DNA from: a virus
DNA: 64,000 bases
Strand: one strand, 5' to 3'
Virus record (IMG/VR): IMGVR_UViG_3300050120_000158
Location: 1-64,000 of that record
Notes under the pieces: generated by a model
Told to the model about the DNA's origin: nothing
The model's database searches: none
The model's input: the letters and a program-made list of their open reading frames with translations, nothing else
Made by a program: the position numbers and the translations under genes
Shown here: piece after piece, positions 48,048 to 57,925 of the stretch
Position numbering within the stretch: the stretch's first letter is position 1
Layout: every line of letters begins with the position of its first letter

Positions 48048-48302
48048 CTACTGTTTGCGCCACTTACCCATGTTGTTCTTGCGCCAGCGGGAACCATCGA
48101 TGGCGGTCTCAATCGCTTCCTCAACCATCGCGTGATCATCCTCGGGGCGGTCGCCGTTGAAGATAGCGCGCTGCCGGTTTATTGCCCAATCCTTCACAAG
48201 GCGTTCGAAGTCAGGGTCGCGGGCGCATATGGTAAAGGTCGGTTCGTCCGGCAGAGCTTTACTGTGGCAGTCGAATTTGCCGGGGTTGTTTTTAGTTCCC
48301 AT
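48048..48302 (-). CDS. hypothetical phage protein
   Basis: MGTKNNPGKFDC..ALPDEP.F..ARD. Confidence 0.7.
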   Translation of the reverse strand: MGTKNNPGKFDCHSKALPDEPTFTICARDPDFERLVKDWAINRQRAIFNGDRPEDDHAMVEEAIETAIDGSRWRKNNMGKWRKQ

Positions 48303-48508
48303 GGTGCAGGTTCCTGCAAATTAAAATTAAAGAGGGCCGCGCCAGCGCGATTGCTTGTGGGGTCAATCGGCGGCGCGGCCCTTATCCCGGAGCGGCTATC
48401 AGGTGCAACGACCCGGAGCGGATCAAGACGACCGTTCGGAATTGCGGGGCGTTGGTTCCCCGCATTTGGCAAATATAAAGCGAGGCTCTTGTTATTGCAA
48501 GTGCGAAA

Positions 48509-48730
48509 TCAAGTCCAATTTTTTATTGTGTTGGCCGCCGCCTCCATGATGAATTGCTGCCATTCTTTCGGCGACATTTCCATGGTTGTTTGAACGCCCT
48601 GACGATTACGCACTGTAACGATAACAACCTGATCCGCTACATTAAGCCGCGCATTGACATACGCTACATAAGTTTCGCCGGGGGCAGTTGGGTGTGTCGG
48701 ATCAGTGAATGCAGCTAGGGTTTCGTCCAT
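48509..48730 (-). CDS. hypothetical protein
   Basis: AGGA RBS. Confidence 0.55.
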   Translation of the reverse strand: MDETLAAFTDPTHPTAPGETYVAYVNARLNVADQVVIVTVRNRQGVQTTMEMSPKEWQQFIMEAAANTIKNWT

Positions 48731-48752
48731 ATCGCACCATCCTGTTTGAGAT

Positions 48753-48784
48753 AAAAAAACGCCCGGCAGTTTCCCGCCGAGCGT
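48753..48784 (-). terminator. intrinsic terminator
   Basis: ACGCCCGGC/GCCGAGCGT stem plus U7. Confidence 0.65.
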
Positions 48785-48804
48785 CAAGTTTGGGGGAGGC
48801 GCTG

Positions 48805-50121
48805 TTAGCCAGCGACAACGCTCAACGGCTTGTACATCGCGTTGGTGCCAACGAGGGCATTCAGCGCGGCGGCCAGTGTCGAGATGTTGTTACGGTTGTT
48901 GGTCAGCCACGTATTGACGGCGGTATTCAACATGGTAACCGCCGTCGTCGCGCCTACGCCGGTACCCGTCGCAGCAATGGCCGCGAGAGTATAGGAGAAC
49001 GCGCCGCCAAGCGCGTCGGGAATGGTGGGCTCAAGACCGAGCAAATTCGCAAGGTCATTGGTGCCCGCCGTCAACGAAGACAGCGCGTTATCGATATGGG
49101 CCATGGCCGTTGTCGCCGAAACAACGTCAACAGCAACGGTACCGGTGGAACCGTCAACGGCAACGAGCGCGACCGACTCGGCTGCAATCGTGGTGCTGGC
49201 GGTCCCGGTCGAGTTGTCCGCGAACAACGGAAGATCGAAACCAGCCCGCAGGGCATTGAGCCGGGACGACAAACTCGCAACGGCATTGGCAATGAGTGCA
49301 ACCTGCGTATCGAACCCAGCCTTCGGGGCCGAAGTGGTCGCCGCGCCAGCCGCCGCTGCCGGAGTGGCATTGGCAACAAGGCCAGCCGCAGCGGTACCGC
49401 CCGAGCTATCGGTAAGCGCTGCTAGTCCGCCCTGTACCATGATCTGGTTCCAGCGTGCAGCAAACGTGGCGAGGTTGTTGGCAACCGCAGCCAAGAAGGC
49501 ATCGGCATCGGTCTTCGCCAGAGCGCCGGTACCCGTGGTGGACGCGATTGCAACACCCAACGCAACTACGTTACTGTTCAATGACGCCAACCCCTGAAAC
49601 GCGCTGACTTCACGGGTATTACCGAGACAGTCGAGAACGTGCTGGAACGAGTCATCGAGCAGCGCAAGGTTGGCGACGATGTTGGCCATGACAGCCTTGG
49701 ACGTAACGAAGTCCGCCGCCGTTGCGCCGGTCGCGCCAGTGCTGGAAAGATCGAGCGCCGGGAGGGTGTCCTTGGTGACTTGGGTTCCGGTCGTTGCCTT
49801 CAGCAACGAGACGCCGAGACGGCCACGGACATTGTTGATCGAATTGCTCAAGACGCGATAAGCATTCTCGATCTTGCCGAACGAGGTATTCAGCGCGGTA
49901 AGCTGCACACCGCCTGCCGCAGTCGCGTCGATTGCAACGGTCGGAACGGCGAGCGCCGCATACGAGGTTCCTGCGGTACCAGTGGTGTTGTCGGTGATAT
50001 CGGCCACACCGGCAACTTCGATCTTGTTGCGGGCGTTGTCGATGGCGAGGGCACGAAGGGCGTTATAGACGTAGGGACCGATCGTGAACTTGGTATCGGC
50101 GCGAAGTCGGATTGCAGTCAT
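48805..50121 (-). CDS. Ala/Thr-rich putative virion protein with internal duplication
   Basis: Repeated D(N/S)(T/S)TGTA motifs; strong codon bias. Confidence 0.7.
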   Translation of the reverse strand: MTAIRLRADTKFTIGPYVYNALRALAIDNARNKIEVAGVADITDNTTGTAGTSYAALAVPTVAIDATAAGGVQLTALNTSFGKIENAYRVLSNSINNVRGRLGVSLLKATTGTQVTKDTLPALDLSSTGATGATAADFVTSKAVMANIVANLALLDDSFQHVLDCLGNTREVSAFQGLASLNSNVVALGVAIASTTGTGALAKTDADAFLAAVANNLATFAARWNQIMVQGGLAALTDSSGGTAAAGLVANATPAAAAGAATTSAPKAGFDTQVALIANAVASLSSRLNALRAGFDLPLFADNSTGTASTTIAAESVALVAVDGSTGTVAVDVVSATTAMAHIDNALSSLTAGTNDLANLLGLEPTIPDALGGAFSYTLAAIAATGTGVGATTAVTMLNTAVNTWLTNNRNNISTLAAALNALVGTNAMYKPLSVVAG

Positions 50122-50203
50122 GTTCGGTATTCCTTGGTTGAAGCTCTAGGACAGTCCTTTGAACAACAACCAAGGTTACACGAATTTGCAGGAACCTGCA
50201 ATG

Positions 50204-50575
50204 CTATCGGAGCGACATACCCTTGAAGGGGTTTCGGCTCCCGGCGTTGTCGTACACGTCCTTCTGCACCGCATAGAACGCTTCAAGCCGTCGCCCGCAC
50301 TCGGACTTTTGCAAGTCCAGCTTTTCCTGCGCCGCCAAGATATCGAAGACTTGCTTGCGCGTAAGCGTCTTCGCCGCCCCCGGCTGTATCTTGGCGGGGT
50401 TCTTCGGATCGCGCTTGACGACTAGGCTTGCCGGAAGCGTAATCTCCTGCTCAAAGCAGGCAACGATATCATCGGGTACTGGCGGCAGACTTGGATTGCC
50501 CGAGAAGGTCGAGCACTGCGTCAACATCGTCGCCGACAAAGCAGTCACCACTGCTAATTTTCGCTTTAAGGCCAT
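50204..50575 (-). CDS. o-spanin-like lipoprotein
   Basis: Lipobox-like LTQC, Pro-rich; overlaps the i-spanin. Confidence 0.6.
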   Translation of the reverse strand: MALKRKLAVVTALSATMLTQCSTFSGNPSLPPVPDDIVACFEQEITLPASLVVKRDPKNPAKIQPGAAKTLTRKQVFDILAAQEKLDLQKSECGRRLEAFYAVQKDVYDNAGSRNPFKGMSLR

Positions 50576-50840
50576 TTACCACCCCATCCATAACATTAAG
50601 TTTGTCTTGTGTTGCTTTGAGTGCCGCGCTGTTGGCGTCATAGGCCGCCTGCTTCGCCGCAATCTGCGTATTGAGATTGGTGATTTGCTGGCGTTCCGCG
50701 CTGGCGACATAGAACTTGCTGGTAACGACCGCCCCGCCCGTGGTGCCGACCGCAAGGCACACCGCGCCCACGATAGCCATACCCTTGAGACCGAACACGC
50801 TGCTTCCGATGCCGCTAAGGGCCGCGCCGAGAATGCTCAT
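50469..50840 (-). CDS. i-spanin (Rz-like)
   Basis: N-terminal TM plus coiled coil, C-terminal Cys. Confidence 0.65.
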   Translation of the reverse strand: MSILGAALSGIGSSVFGLKGMAIVGAVCLAVGTTGGAVVTSKFYVASAERQQITNLNTQIAAKQAAYDANSAALKATQDKLNVMDGVVNGLKAKISSGDCFVGDDVDAVLDLLGQSKSAASTR

Positions 50841-51304
50841 GATTTATCTCCACGATTGGGGCCGGTGTTTATGTCGTGGTCAATGTCAACATGCGAGGCG
50901 CTATCATCGACCTTCACGCTAACATCGACCTTATTCTTATCGTCTGCCGTGCCGCCGTCCCCGTCGCCGCCGTGATGGTGGTCCGGGTCGATATCCGATT
51001 GTACATCGGTTTGTTGGATGAAGTCACCCCCGGCTTTGCGCCTCAAGTGATCATCCGCGATTGCCCCGAACACGTAGGAGCAAATAACGACCATCATCAT
51101 GTTGAAGGCGTTTGCGAGCATCGGCGATGCAGTCTCAATACGCATCCAGCCAGCCGCCCATGTAATCCAGATAACACAGACAATCAGAGCGCCAAATATC
51201 ACGATACGGCGGTAAGTCCAATCCCTCGTCTTTTGGTCGAGAGAAAAGAAATCGCTTACGGACTGTTTCCTAACCGTCGTCTTACGAGTAGTAGCAACTA
51301 CCAT
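50837..51304 (-). CDS. holin-like 2-TM protein
   Basis: RRIVIF..TM..YVFGA..DD. Confidence 0.6.
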   Translation of the reverse strand: MVVATTRKTTVRKQSVSDFFSLDQKTRDWTYRRIVIFGALIVCVIWITWAAGWMRIETASPMLANAFNMMMVVICSYVFGAIADDHLRRKAGGDFIQQTDVQSDIDPDHHHGGDGDGGTADDKNKVDVSVKVDDSASHVDIDHDINTGPNRGDKS

Positions 51305-51309
51305 CGGAG

Positions 51310-51540
51310 TTAACCCCTCATGCGTCCCATCGGGACAACCCCATCATTCTTAACAACCCGGTCATAGTCGAGGTTCTGGAACAACTCCCCCATTACATGG
51401 GCCAGCCGGTTGCGAGATGCCTTGTTTCGCATATGGGCTTTTTCCAGTGCCTCATGACACTCTTTCAAATCTGTTTCATCCATTCCGTAGAACAGAATGC
51501 AGAACAGGCACCGTGTATTACGAAGGAGTCTAGTAAGCAT
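51310..51540 (-). CDS. hypothetical lysis-region protein
   Basis: ORF. Confidence 0.45.
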   Translation of the reverse strand: MLTRLLRNTRCLFCILFYGMDETDLKECHEALEKAHMRNKASRNRLAHVMGELFQNLDYDRVVKNDGVVPMGRMRG

Positions 51541-51769
51541 TGGGTCCGATCCTATCGCGGCCCTGTACGTAACTTGTGAGCCGGTCGTTCGACTCAGTTT
51601 GTTCGTTAAGGGCGTCCAATAAAACTTTCGTACCTTCTTTGGCGTTATGTATCTCTGCGTCCTTGGATTTTATAAGCAGAGCGAAAAGGCGTCCAATAAC
51701 AATTGCCTCCATTACGCAGACAATACCAAGGACGCCTTGTTTAATAAGTTCGACGAATTCCTCATGCAT
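51530..51769 (-). CDS. holin-like 1-TM protein
   Basis: QGVLGIVCV TM plus coiled coil. Confidence 0.55.
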   Translation of the reverse strand: MHEEFVELIKQGVLGIVCVMEAIVIGRLFALLIKSKDAEIHNAKEGTKVLLDALNEQTESNDRLTSYVQGRDRIGPNAY

Positions 51770-51800
51770 TCACAGTCCTACCGAACGTAAAGTCCCGCTA

Positions 51801-52682
51801 TTACTGCGGCAGAGCAATTCCAAGGCTATCCAGCAACAGCGAGTCAACCTTGCCGGTCGGGGACAGCCCGGCCTTGGTCTCATACGCGATGATCGCGTTA
51901 GTCGTTACCGGACCGGCGATGCCATCCGTCTTGATGATCAAGGGCTGGCCCGGCAGAACTTGCAGCGCGGCTTGTACGGAGGCGACGGTCGCACGATCTG
52001 CGAAGTAGCGCTGCGACGGCACAGTGTCATCGGCGGAAACGCTGGCGGCGCTTTCGCTCGACCGCAGCGAAGCCCACTTGGCAACGAGCTTGCGGTAAGA
52101 CACGGCCATCTTGTTGTCGTAGTTGTTGGCGGCGTAGCCGGGGCCGTTATACGCGCGGGCGAAATCCTTCCAGTCGTCGGTTCGGAGATAGCCGTCGATC
52201 TTGCGTTTCTGAATATAGCTACAGAAGGCTTTGAGATGATCGCCCGCCGAATGTGCCATGGCGGCAACGAAGTCTTCTACGTTGGCGAACCCGGCGTCCG
52301 CGTATTCTTCGCCGAGGATTTGGAATGCTCCGAACGAAGCGGACATGACTGCTGCAACCGGGTCGCAACCCATTGCCGTGAGCAAGCGGGTGTACTGCCA
52401 AGCGCCTGAATGACCATACAGCGTGCGATCCCAATGATCCGAGCTGATCGGCTTGCCGTTCGGATCGAGAATGTTGTTGTACTTGTGGCCGGTATGCCGA
52501 CCGAAGACATGGGCCTCGAAAAGAATATCGGGCCGCTTGTCGGGCAGGAATGGCGAGCCGTTGGTTTCCACCAGCGTCACGGCTTGGAGTTCGGCGGGGC
52601 CAATGTTGACCTGCTTGGACGCGAGCAAGTAGTCGCTATCCTGCATCGGAATTGCGTCGCCGTAGAAACTATTCTTGTCCAT
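51801..52682 (-). CDS. endolysin, DUF3380 N-acetylmuramidase plus C-terminal PG-binding domain
   Basis: VE..G; ILFEAHVF; SASFGAFQILG; FARAYNGPGY; DGIAGPVT. Confidence 0.92.
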   Translation of the reverse strand: MDKNSFYGDAIPMQDSDYLLASKQVNIGPAELQAVTLVETNGSPFLPDKRPDILFEAHVFGRHTGHKYNNILDPNGKPISSDHWDRTLYGHSGAWQYTRLLTAMGCDPVAAVMSASFGAFQILGEEYADAGFANVEDFVAAMAHSAGDHLKAFCSYIQKRKIDGYLRTDDWKDFARAYNGPGYAANNYDNKMAVSYRKLVAKWASLRSSESAASVSADDTVPSQRYFADRATVASVQAALQVLPGQPLIIKTDGIAGPVTTNAIIAYETKAGLSPTGKVDSLLLDSLGIALPQ

Positions 52683-52769
52683 TAGTATTCTCCCGGTTTG
52701 CAGGAACCTGCAACTGATGGCGTATACTAACGGTTGTGGCGGCTCCGAACAATCATTGTAGATTTTTAG

Positions 52770-53210
52770 CTAGGCAACCGTAACACCTAATGCGGTAGCA
52801 ATTTCTGCCATGCGAGGTTGGCCGAGAACCTGTACAAGAGCAGACCAGCCCGCTAGAAACCGTGCATTGGTAACTAGCATAGGGTCGCGCTGCGCTACCA
52901 TAGCCGACCATAGTAACCAGAACTGTGCGTTGGTTGCTATAGCCGCCTGTATCAAGGCAGCGTCCGCCGCAGTAAATTGCGTCATCAAATCCTGCGGCAG
53001 TACGCTTTGTGGGGCCGGTACGGCAACAACAGGGTTCTGATCGAACGTCGCCGTTCCATTCCATCCCCATCCCGGCAAGCATACGCTGTCCGCTAACGCG
53101 ATGAAGTTTCCATCCATGCCGGGCGGCACGCCAACGGGAACGGTACCGTACTCGATAACGTTCACAACGAGCTTGGTATCCGTGTTAATAATTGCGCATC
53201 GAATTGTCAT
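52770..53210 (-). CDS. tail fibre assembly-like protein
   Basis: VVNVI..GWGWNG; follows fibre gene. Confidence 0.6.
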   Translation of the reverse strand: MTIRCAIINTDTKLVVNVIEYGTVPVGVPPGMDGNFIALADSVCLPGWGWNGTATFDQNPVVAVPAPQSVLPQDLMTQFTAADAALIQAAIATNAQFWLLWSAMVAQRDPMLVTNARFLAGWSALVQVLGQPRMAEIATALGVTVA

Positions 53211-54130
53211 GATCCGTAAAACTCCTCAATGATAATTATGCCGCCCGCGCCCGCGCCACCGACACCACCACCGACACCACCGCCCCCTCCGGCGCCAAAG
53301 ACATTCGCCGCCTGCCCGTTTCCATTATTTGTTCCGCCGCCAGAAGCACCGGGACCGAACGGAGTACCAGCGCCAGCACCGCCAACGTATATTGGGCTCT
53401 GCGCCCAACCGTAATAACCAACGATGCCGAGCGCGTTATAAAACCCTCCGCTTGCCGACCCACCTGCCCCTCCGAATGAAGATGTGCTGCTTGAGGCTCC
53501 AGCATCCCCAGCGCCCGCCGTAAGTAACGACGTTCCAAATGTAGTCGTGCCGCCTGCTGCCCCAACAGCATAAGAATAGGTAGCCGAAGGCGCTGGTATG
53601 TTTGCTTCAACATACCCACCAGCGCCGCCGCCACCGCCAGAGGTCGAGCCTACCGCGTTTCCACCAGCGCCACCGCCGCCAACCATACGAACTTTAATGC
53701 GCGTGCAACCCGTTGGCTTCGTATAAGTGCCACTGCCTGACGTGAAAACCTGTGTAGTCGGGGCAACGAAAATGTTGGACTGCACTTGTGTTTTTTGTGT
53801 CGCCGTCAACGTTTGCGCCGCACCATACGAAACGCCGTTCAAATTACCAAGAGCCGTTGCCGCGTTCGCAATCGTCGAGAGGTTGTCTTCGTTAAACGAA
53901 GGCGTCTTGGCAAGGTTGTTGATCAATACCCATACTGCCGGACCCGTTGACGTTAGCGTGTACGTCTTGCTTTGATCCGACCGATAGCAATTCATACCGA
54001 CACCTATATTGGTTGTCGGGAACGCGGTTCCTGTGAATTGCGTTAACAGCGCATCGGTATTGTTATTGAGCGTGGTACGCGAAGTAGTCAGCGTATCGGT
54101 ACCAGCCATCTGAGCATAGGTCTGCGACAT
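53207..54130 (-). CDS. glycine-rich tail fibre protein
   Basis: FTSGSGTYTKP..VGGGGAGG; N-terminal domain shared with 54166..55428. Confidence 0.8.
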   Translation of the reverse strand: MSQTYAQMAGTDTLTTSRTTLNNNTDALLTQFTGTAFPTTNIGVGMNCYRSDQSKTYTLTSTGPAVWVLINNLAKTPSFNEDNLSTIANAATALGNLNGVSYGAAQTLTATQKTQVQSNIFVAPTTQVFTSGSGTYTKPTGCTRIKVRMVGGGGAGGNAVGSTSGGGGGAGGYVEANIPAPSATYSYAVGAAGGTTTFGTSLLTAGAGDAGASSSTSSFGGAGGSASGGFYNALGIVGYYGWAQSPIYVGGAGAGTPFGPGASGGGTNNGNGQAANVFGAGGGGGVGGGVGGAGAGGIIIIEEFYGS

Positions 54131-54165
54131 TTTTTATTCCTAGTTTGCAGGTTCCTGCACGGAGA

Positions 54166-55428
54166 TCAGAGCTTCAGATGGAAAGTCACTAGAAGGTAGG
54201 GCGGCATATTGTTGTGGGCGGCCCCGCCGCCAGCGGCGGCTATACTTGCGTTGATGCCAGTATACGAACCCCCGGTTACTCCTGCCGTGTTGGAATTGAG
54301 CGCTACGCTGGGCGCGACGGAACCCGCCAGTGCGCCACCACCCGAATGTACGCTACCCTCGGAATGCGTATGAGACGGATCGGACCAGTTAAGTCCGTGG
54401 GCATGGGAAGGCATCTCGCCGTAAGAAAGAACGTGCAGATACTCTCCGTTTACGTCACCAACCGCATTGTAGTTTCCAAGGTTCATCACACCGGCTTGGC
54501 CGGTGATGACGCTATAATCAAGCCCAACGAGCGTTCGGCCACGGGTATCGGGCAGTACCAAAACCTTGTTAGCAGCCCAATCAGCCGCATGGTTAACGCC
54601 ACGACCACCAACTACTGCTGCGCCGCGATCCCACAGCCAGTTATATAAAGCCTGACAATCGTTATTTGCGCGGGCAGTAGCTCCAATGCTAGCGGCGCTG
54701 CCGATACCGCCGCCCGTCATAGGTACATAGCCCGGCATAATATCTGCGTTTGTGGCGAAGAAAGCAGCAATTTGCCCTGTCTGCGCAACACCGTTAGTGA
54801 TGCCCATCAAGCTAAGCAACGTAGCGGTATCTGGCGCAGCAAGCGCCGAGAGACCTAGCGTGCCGGGTGTAACGCCATGTAATTTATCAGCGTCGAGACC
54901 TGATCCGGCCCCGTCGTTTCCGGCATCCCATACTACCCCTGTTCTGGTCCGAACAAGACCATCAGCAATGGATATGCTAAGCGGTACGTCAACAATCGCG
55001 CCGACACTGTTGTATCTGGCAAATGTAAGATTTTGGCTCGGGTCTTTCTGGATGCTGTGTTGAACCACACCAGCATTATTATAGAAATATACCGAGGCAG
55101 AGTCAGCACCGCCAACGCCAGAGCCTTGCAAGAGCAGGGGCGCAGGAACCATAGTTCCCTGTTGGAAATAGCGGGCGTCTGCCAACTCCTGCGACAAGTA
55201 CGTCGAGCCAGTGTTTTCCGTAAGAGTCCAAACGGCGGGGCCTATAGACGCGAGCCGATATGTCTTGCTCTGGTCAGTTCTGTAGCATGATTGGCCAACA
55301 GCAATATTGGTTGTCGGAAAACTTGTGCCAGCGAAGTTGCTGAGCAAACATAACAAGTTCTCGTTGAACACCGGCAACGAGTTGGCCAGCGTATCTGAGT
55401 TTTGGACTATGGTGTAATCTTGTGCCAC
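54166..55428 (-). CDS. tail fibre with tail-collar domain
   Basis: GSGLDADKLHG; LPDTRGR; EMPSHAH; HNNMPPY. Confidence 0.85.
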   Translation of the reverse strand: MAQDYTIVQNSDTLANSLPVFNENLLCLLSNFAGTSFPTTNIAVGQSCYRTDQSKTYRLASIGPAVWTLTENTGSTYLSQELADARYFQQGTMVPAPLLLQGSGVGGADSASVYFYNNAGVVQHSIQKDPSQNLTFARYNSVGAIVDVPLSISIADGLVRTRTGVVWDAGNDGAGSGLDADKLHGVTPGTLGLSALAAPDTATLLSLMGITNGVAQTGQIAAFFATNADIMPGYVPMTGGGIGSAASIGATARANNDCQALYNWLWDRGAAVVGGRGVNHAADWAANKVLVLPDTRGRTLVGLDYSVITGQAGVMNLGNYNAVGDVNGEYLHVLSYGEMPSHAHGLNWSDPSHTHSEGSVHSGGGALAGSVAPSVALNSNTAGVTGGSYTGINASIAAAGGGAAHNNMPPYLLVTFHLKL

Positions 55429-55439
55429 TGTTTATTTCC

Positions 55440-56807
55440 TTAATAGCCCAAAGCTGTCCAACTGGCCGTGCCAGTAAGGCGACTGTTGCTTACATCTATT
55501 AGCTCAACATCGAAGCCCGTTCTTGTAATGTTGCTTATACGGGGCTGGGCGAACGCTGTTGACGAAACACTGGTTACGCTTACTTCCGGGATACCATAGA
55601 AGGTTCGCACAAAGACGACCGGCGTTACGCCAGCGGTAGAGGTTATGTTTATCCGTCCGCTATCGCTAACGTTCGGCACGTCAACAGATATAGTCCCCAC
55701 GGTAAGCTTGGTGTCTTGCGCTACGTTATCGCGCGTCATCACGATCTTGATACGGGCTTTCGAGAGGCTGTAATCGCCGACAATGAATGGAACATAGTCG
55801 CTATAGGTGTACGGTGTATCGCTGGCGGCGTCGGTAAGGAACGTGCCATAGCTGATCGCAACGTTACTAAGCACCATATCGTTTACAACTATCGAGCCAC
55901 GCCGGATCAACATATCCTGCGTACTAAAACTCTCGCCCGGGAAATTGATCGAGTAGTGGTGCGGACTCAATTCAACGAATGTCGCCGTCTCCGTATATGT
56001 CCTAAAGAAAACAACCGTTCGGCTCCAAACATCGACCGTGTTTAACGTTTCGATACTATTCTTGCGCGGGGCCTTATACAGCACTTCGGCGGTATGGAAC
56101 GCCTCGACGTATGGTGCCGGTGCCACGATCTTCATATTTATATCGACGGTCTGTAAACCCTCGCCGTAGGTCCTAAACCAGTTGAGTTGTCGGCTCCAAA
56201 CGTCAACCGTCGAGAACACCTCAAGCATGGCTTTGATCGTGGCCCTAGAGCCTACGTCAAGCGTATTGAATGCTTCAGTAAGCGTCTTGGTGGTAGTGGC
56301 CAGTCGCACGTCAGCGGTGGAAAAACTCTCGCCGTAAGTGTGGTGCCAATTACTTTGAAGGCCAACGGTTTCAGCGGTCGCGAAAGCTTGCTGAAGGGTT
56401 TGGCTATAGGTCCACTTACCTTTGGCGTCCGCCGTGGTGAATGCTTCTGCAATTTTCTTTGTTGGGCTGCGAAAACCGCCCTCGACCGTGGAAAATGCCT
56501 CCGCGAGAAATTTACTAACCGCAGCGGTTCGCGCATCCGCTGTCGCAAACGCTTCCGTCTGGTTTTTGGTTGCGGAAACTTTTCGGGCATCAACGGTGCT
56601 GAATGCTTCGGATAATTTCTTGGTCGGCTGATTGCTTGGCGCATCCACCGTTGTAGCGGTTTCCGTAACCGTCAACGCATAGCTGTTCGCGCTATTGGCA
56701 GTATCCCATGACAACGACGACGAGCTACCGCCAACCCAAGTGTCCGGGTAGCTGTTCCATGTATAGGCGCTACCCGGAGTCAGGACGACATTGGTGGTCG
56801 TTGTCAT
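55440..56807 (-). CDS. tail protein with ~19-aa E-x-F-x-T-x-D repeats
   Basis: Repeated EAFSTVD-like units. Confidence 0.7.
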   Translation of the reverse strand: MTTTTNVVLTPGSAYTWNSYPDTWVGGSSSSLSWDTANSANSYALTVTETATTVDAPSNQPTKKLSEAFSTVDARKVSATKNQTEAFATADARTAAVSKFLAEAFSTVEGGFRSPTKKIAEAFTTADAKGKWTYSQTLQQAFATAETVGLQSNWHHTYGESFSTADVRLATTTKTLTEAFNTLDVGSRATIKAMLEVFSTVDVWSRQLNWFRTYGEGLQTVDINMKIVAPAPYVEAFHTAEVLYKAPRKNSIETLNTVDVWSRTVVFFRTYTETATFVELSPHHYSINFPGESFSTQDMLIRRGSIVVNDMVLSNVAISYGTFLTDAASDTPYTYSDYVPFIVGDYSLSKARIKIVMTRDNVAQDTKLTVGTISVDVPNVSDSGRINITSTAGVTPVVFVRTFYGIPEVSVTSVSSTAFAQPRISNITRTGFDVELIDVSNSRLTGTASWTALGY

Positions 56808-56828
56808 GGCGTTGCAGGTTCCTGCAAG

Positions 56829-57314
56829 CTATATGCGGAAACGACGCAACGGCATAGGGCGGCGATTGCCATTCTGCGCATCACGGGTAGCCCAAGAACA
56901 ATTATCTGGATTGTAACCTTCGTCATTCTTTTCCCGTTCAAGCATAAGACCCGGAGGGCGTGGCCCCATATCAGCGTAGAAGTTTTCGAATGAGTGGAGC
57001 CAGCGATCACAGATTTTAATTCCTCGGCCACCATAGTCTTTATAACTCTTATTCATCGGGTTAGTGCAGCGCTGCTTCATACTGGCCCATGACCCATACT
57101 CAGATGACTTACGCAATCCGTGAGTGGTATGAACACCCTCTTTAAGACGGCATCCACATGTAGTTGTAGACCCTCTAAGCAAAGAGCTACTTATCGTTTC
57201 TAACGTACCACCGCATGTACACTGGCATTCCCACAAGTACCTACCATGTTTTTTACCCACTACTCTTAACGCTGTAAGGCGGCCAAATATCATTCCAGTA
57301 AGATCGTGTGCCAT
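56829..57314 (-). CDS. HNH homing endonuclease
   Basis: FGRL..WECQCTCG..YGGRG..LEREKNDEGY..NCSWAT. Confidence 0.88.
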   Translation of the reverse strand: MAHDLTGMIFGRLTALRVVGKKHGRYLWECQCTCGGTLETISSSLLRGSTTTCGCRLKEGVHTTHGLRKSSEYGSWASMKQRCTNPMNKSYKDYGGRGIKICDRWLHSFENFYADMGPRPPGLMLEREKNDEGYNPDNCSWATRDAQNGNRRPMPLRRFRI

Positions 57315-57384
57315 AGTCGGCTCCCTATTATGGATTAGCCGACTATAGTAACACATTACGTTAATTTTCACAAATTCGTGAAAA

Positions 57385-57906
57385 TTAAGATAGAGTAAAT
57401 GTGAAGGTCGAGGTGAGGATGTCCAAGGCACCCTTGTTGATCACGGCGTAGATCACATGGTTGAGCAGGAGGCCAACCGATGCTGCGTTGAGGACACCGG
57501 CTTCCGTAAGCGCCCCCGTTGCAACGCCAGCGGCGAAAGTGGAGGACAACGTTGCGACCTTGGCCGCATAGCTGTAGGCGGCCACCTGCCGGATCGACTC
57601 CGTTTGCAGCGCGGTATCTCCGATGGCCGCAGCCGTAACACCGGTTCCAACCGCAAGATAGCTCCCGACTGCGGGGCGACCTGACTGAATGAACAGGCAG
57701 TCCGAAATAAGCTGGAACCCAGCCGCCGTGATCAGGTTTTTCTTCTCGCGAACATCCTTGAGCTTGCCGTCAGGTCCGTACAGTTCGAACTTCCAGTTGC
57801 CGGTGACCTTGAGACCTTCGCTACGCGGGTCTTTTGCTTCCGCTGGCAGGAGCAAACCGCCGCCAGTACGAAGAAAACCATCTGGAATTGTCATGGGAGG
57901 TGACAT
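57385..57906 (-). CDS. tail-associated structural protein
   Basis: NLIT.AG; YLAVGTG..AA..DTALQTE; LTEAGV. Confidence 0.7.
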   Translation of the reverse strand: MSPPMTIPDGFLRTGGGLLLPAEAKDPRSEGLKVTGNWKFELYGPDGKLKDVREKKNLITAAGFQLISDCLFIQSGRPAVGSYLAVGTGVTAAAIGDTALQTESIRQVAAYSYAAKVATLSSTFAAGVATGALTEAGVLNAASVGLLLNHVIYAVINKGALDILTSTFTFTLS

Positions 57907-57925
57907 GAGAGAAACCTTTGCTTTT

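Noticed and set aside
49964-49975. Partial palindrome matches (also ~46500, ~55141)
   Set aside because: Only one arm matches; not counted
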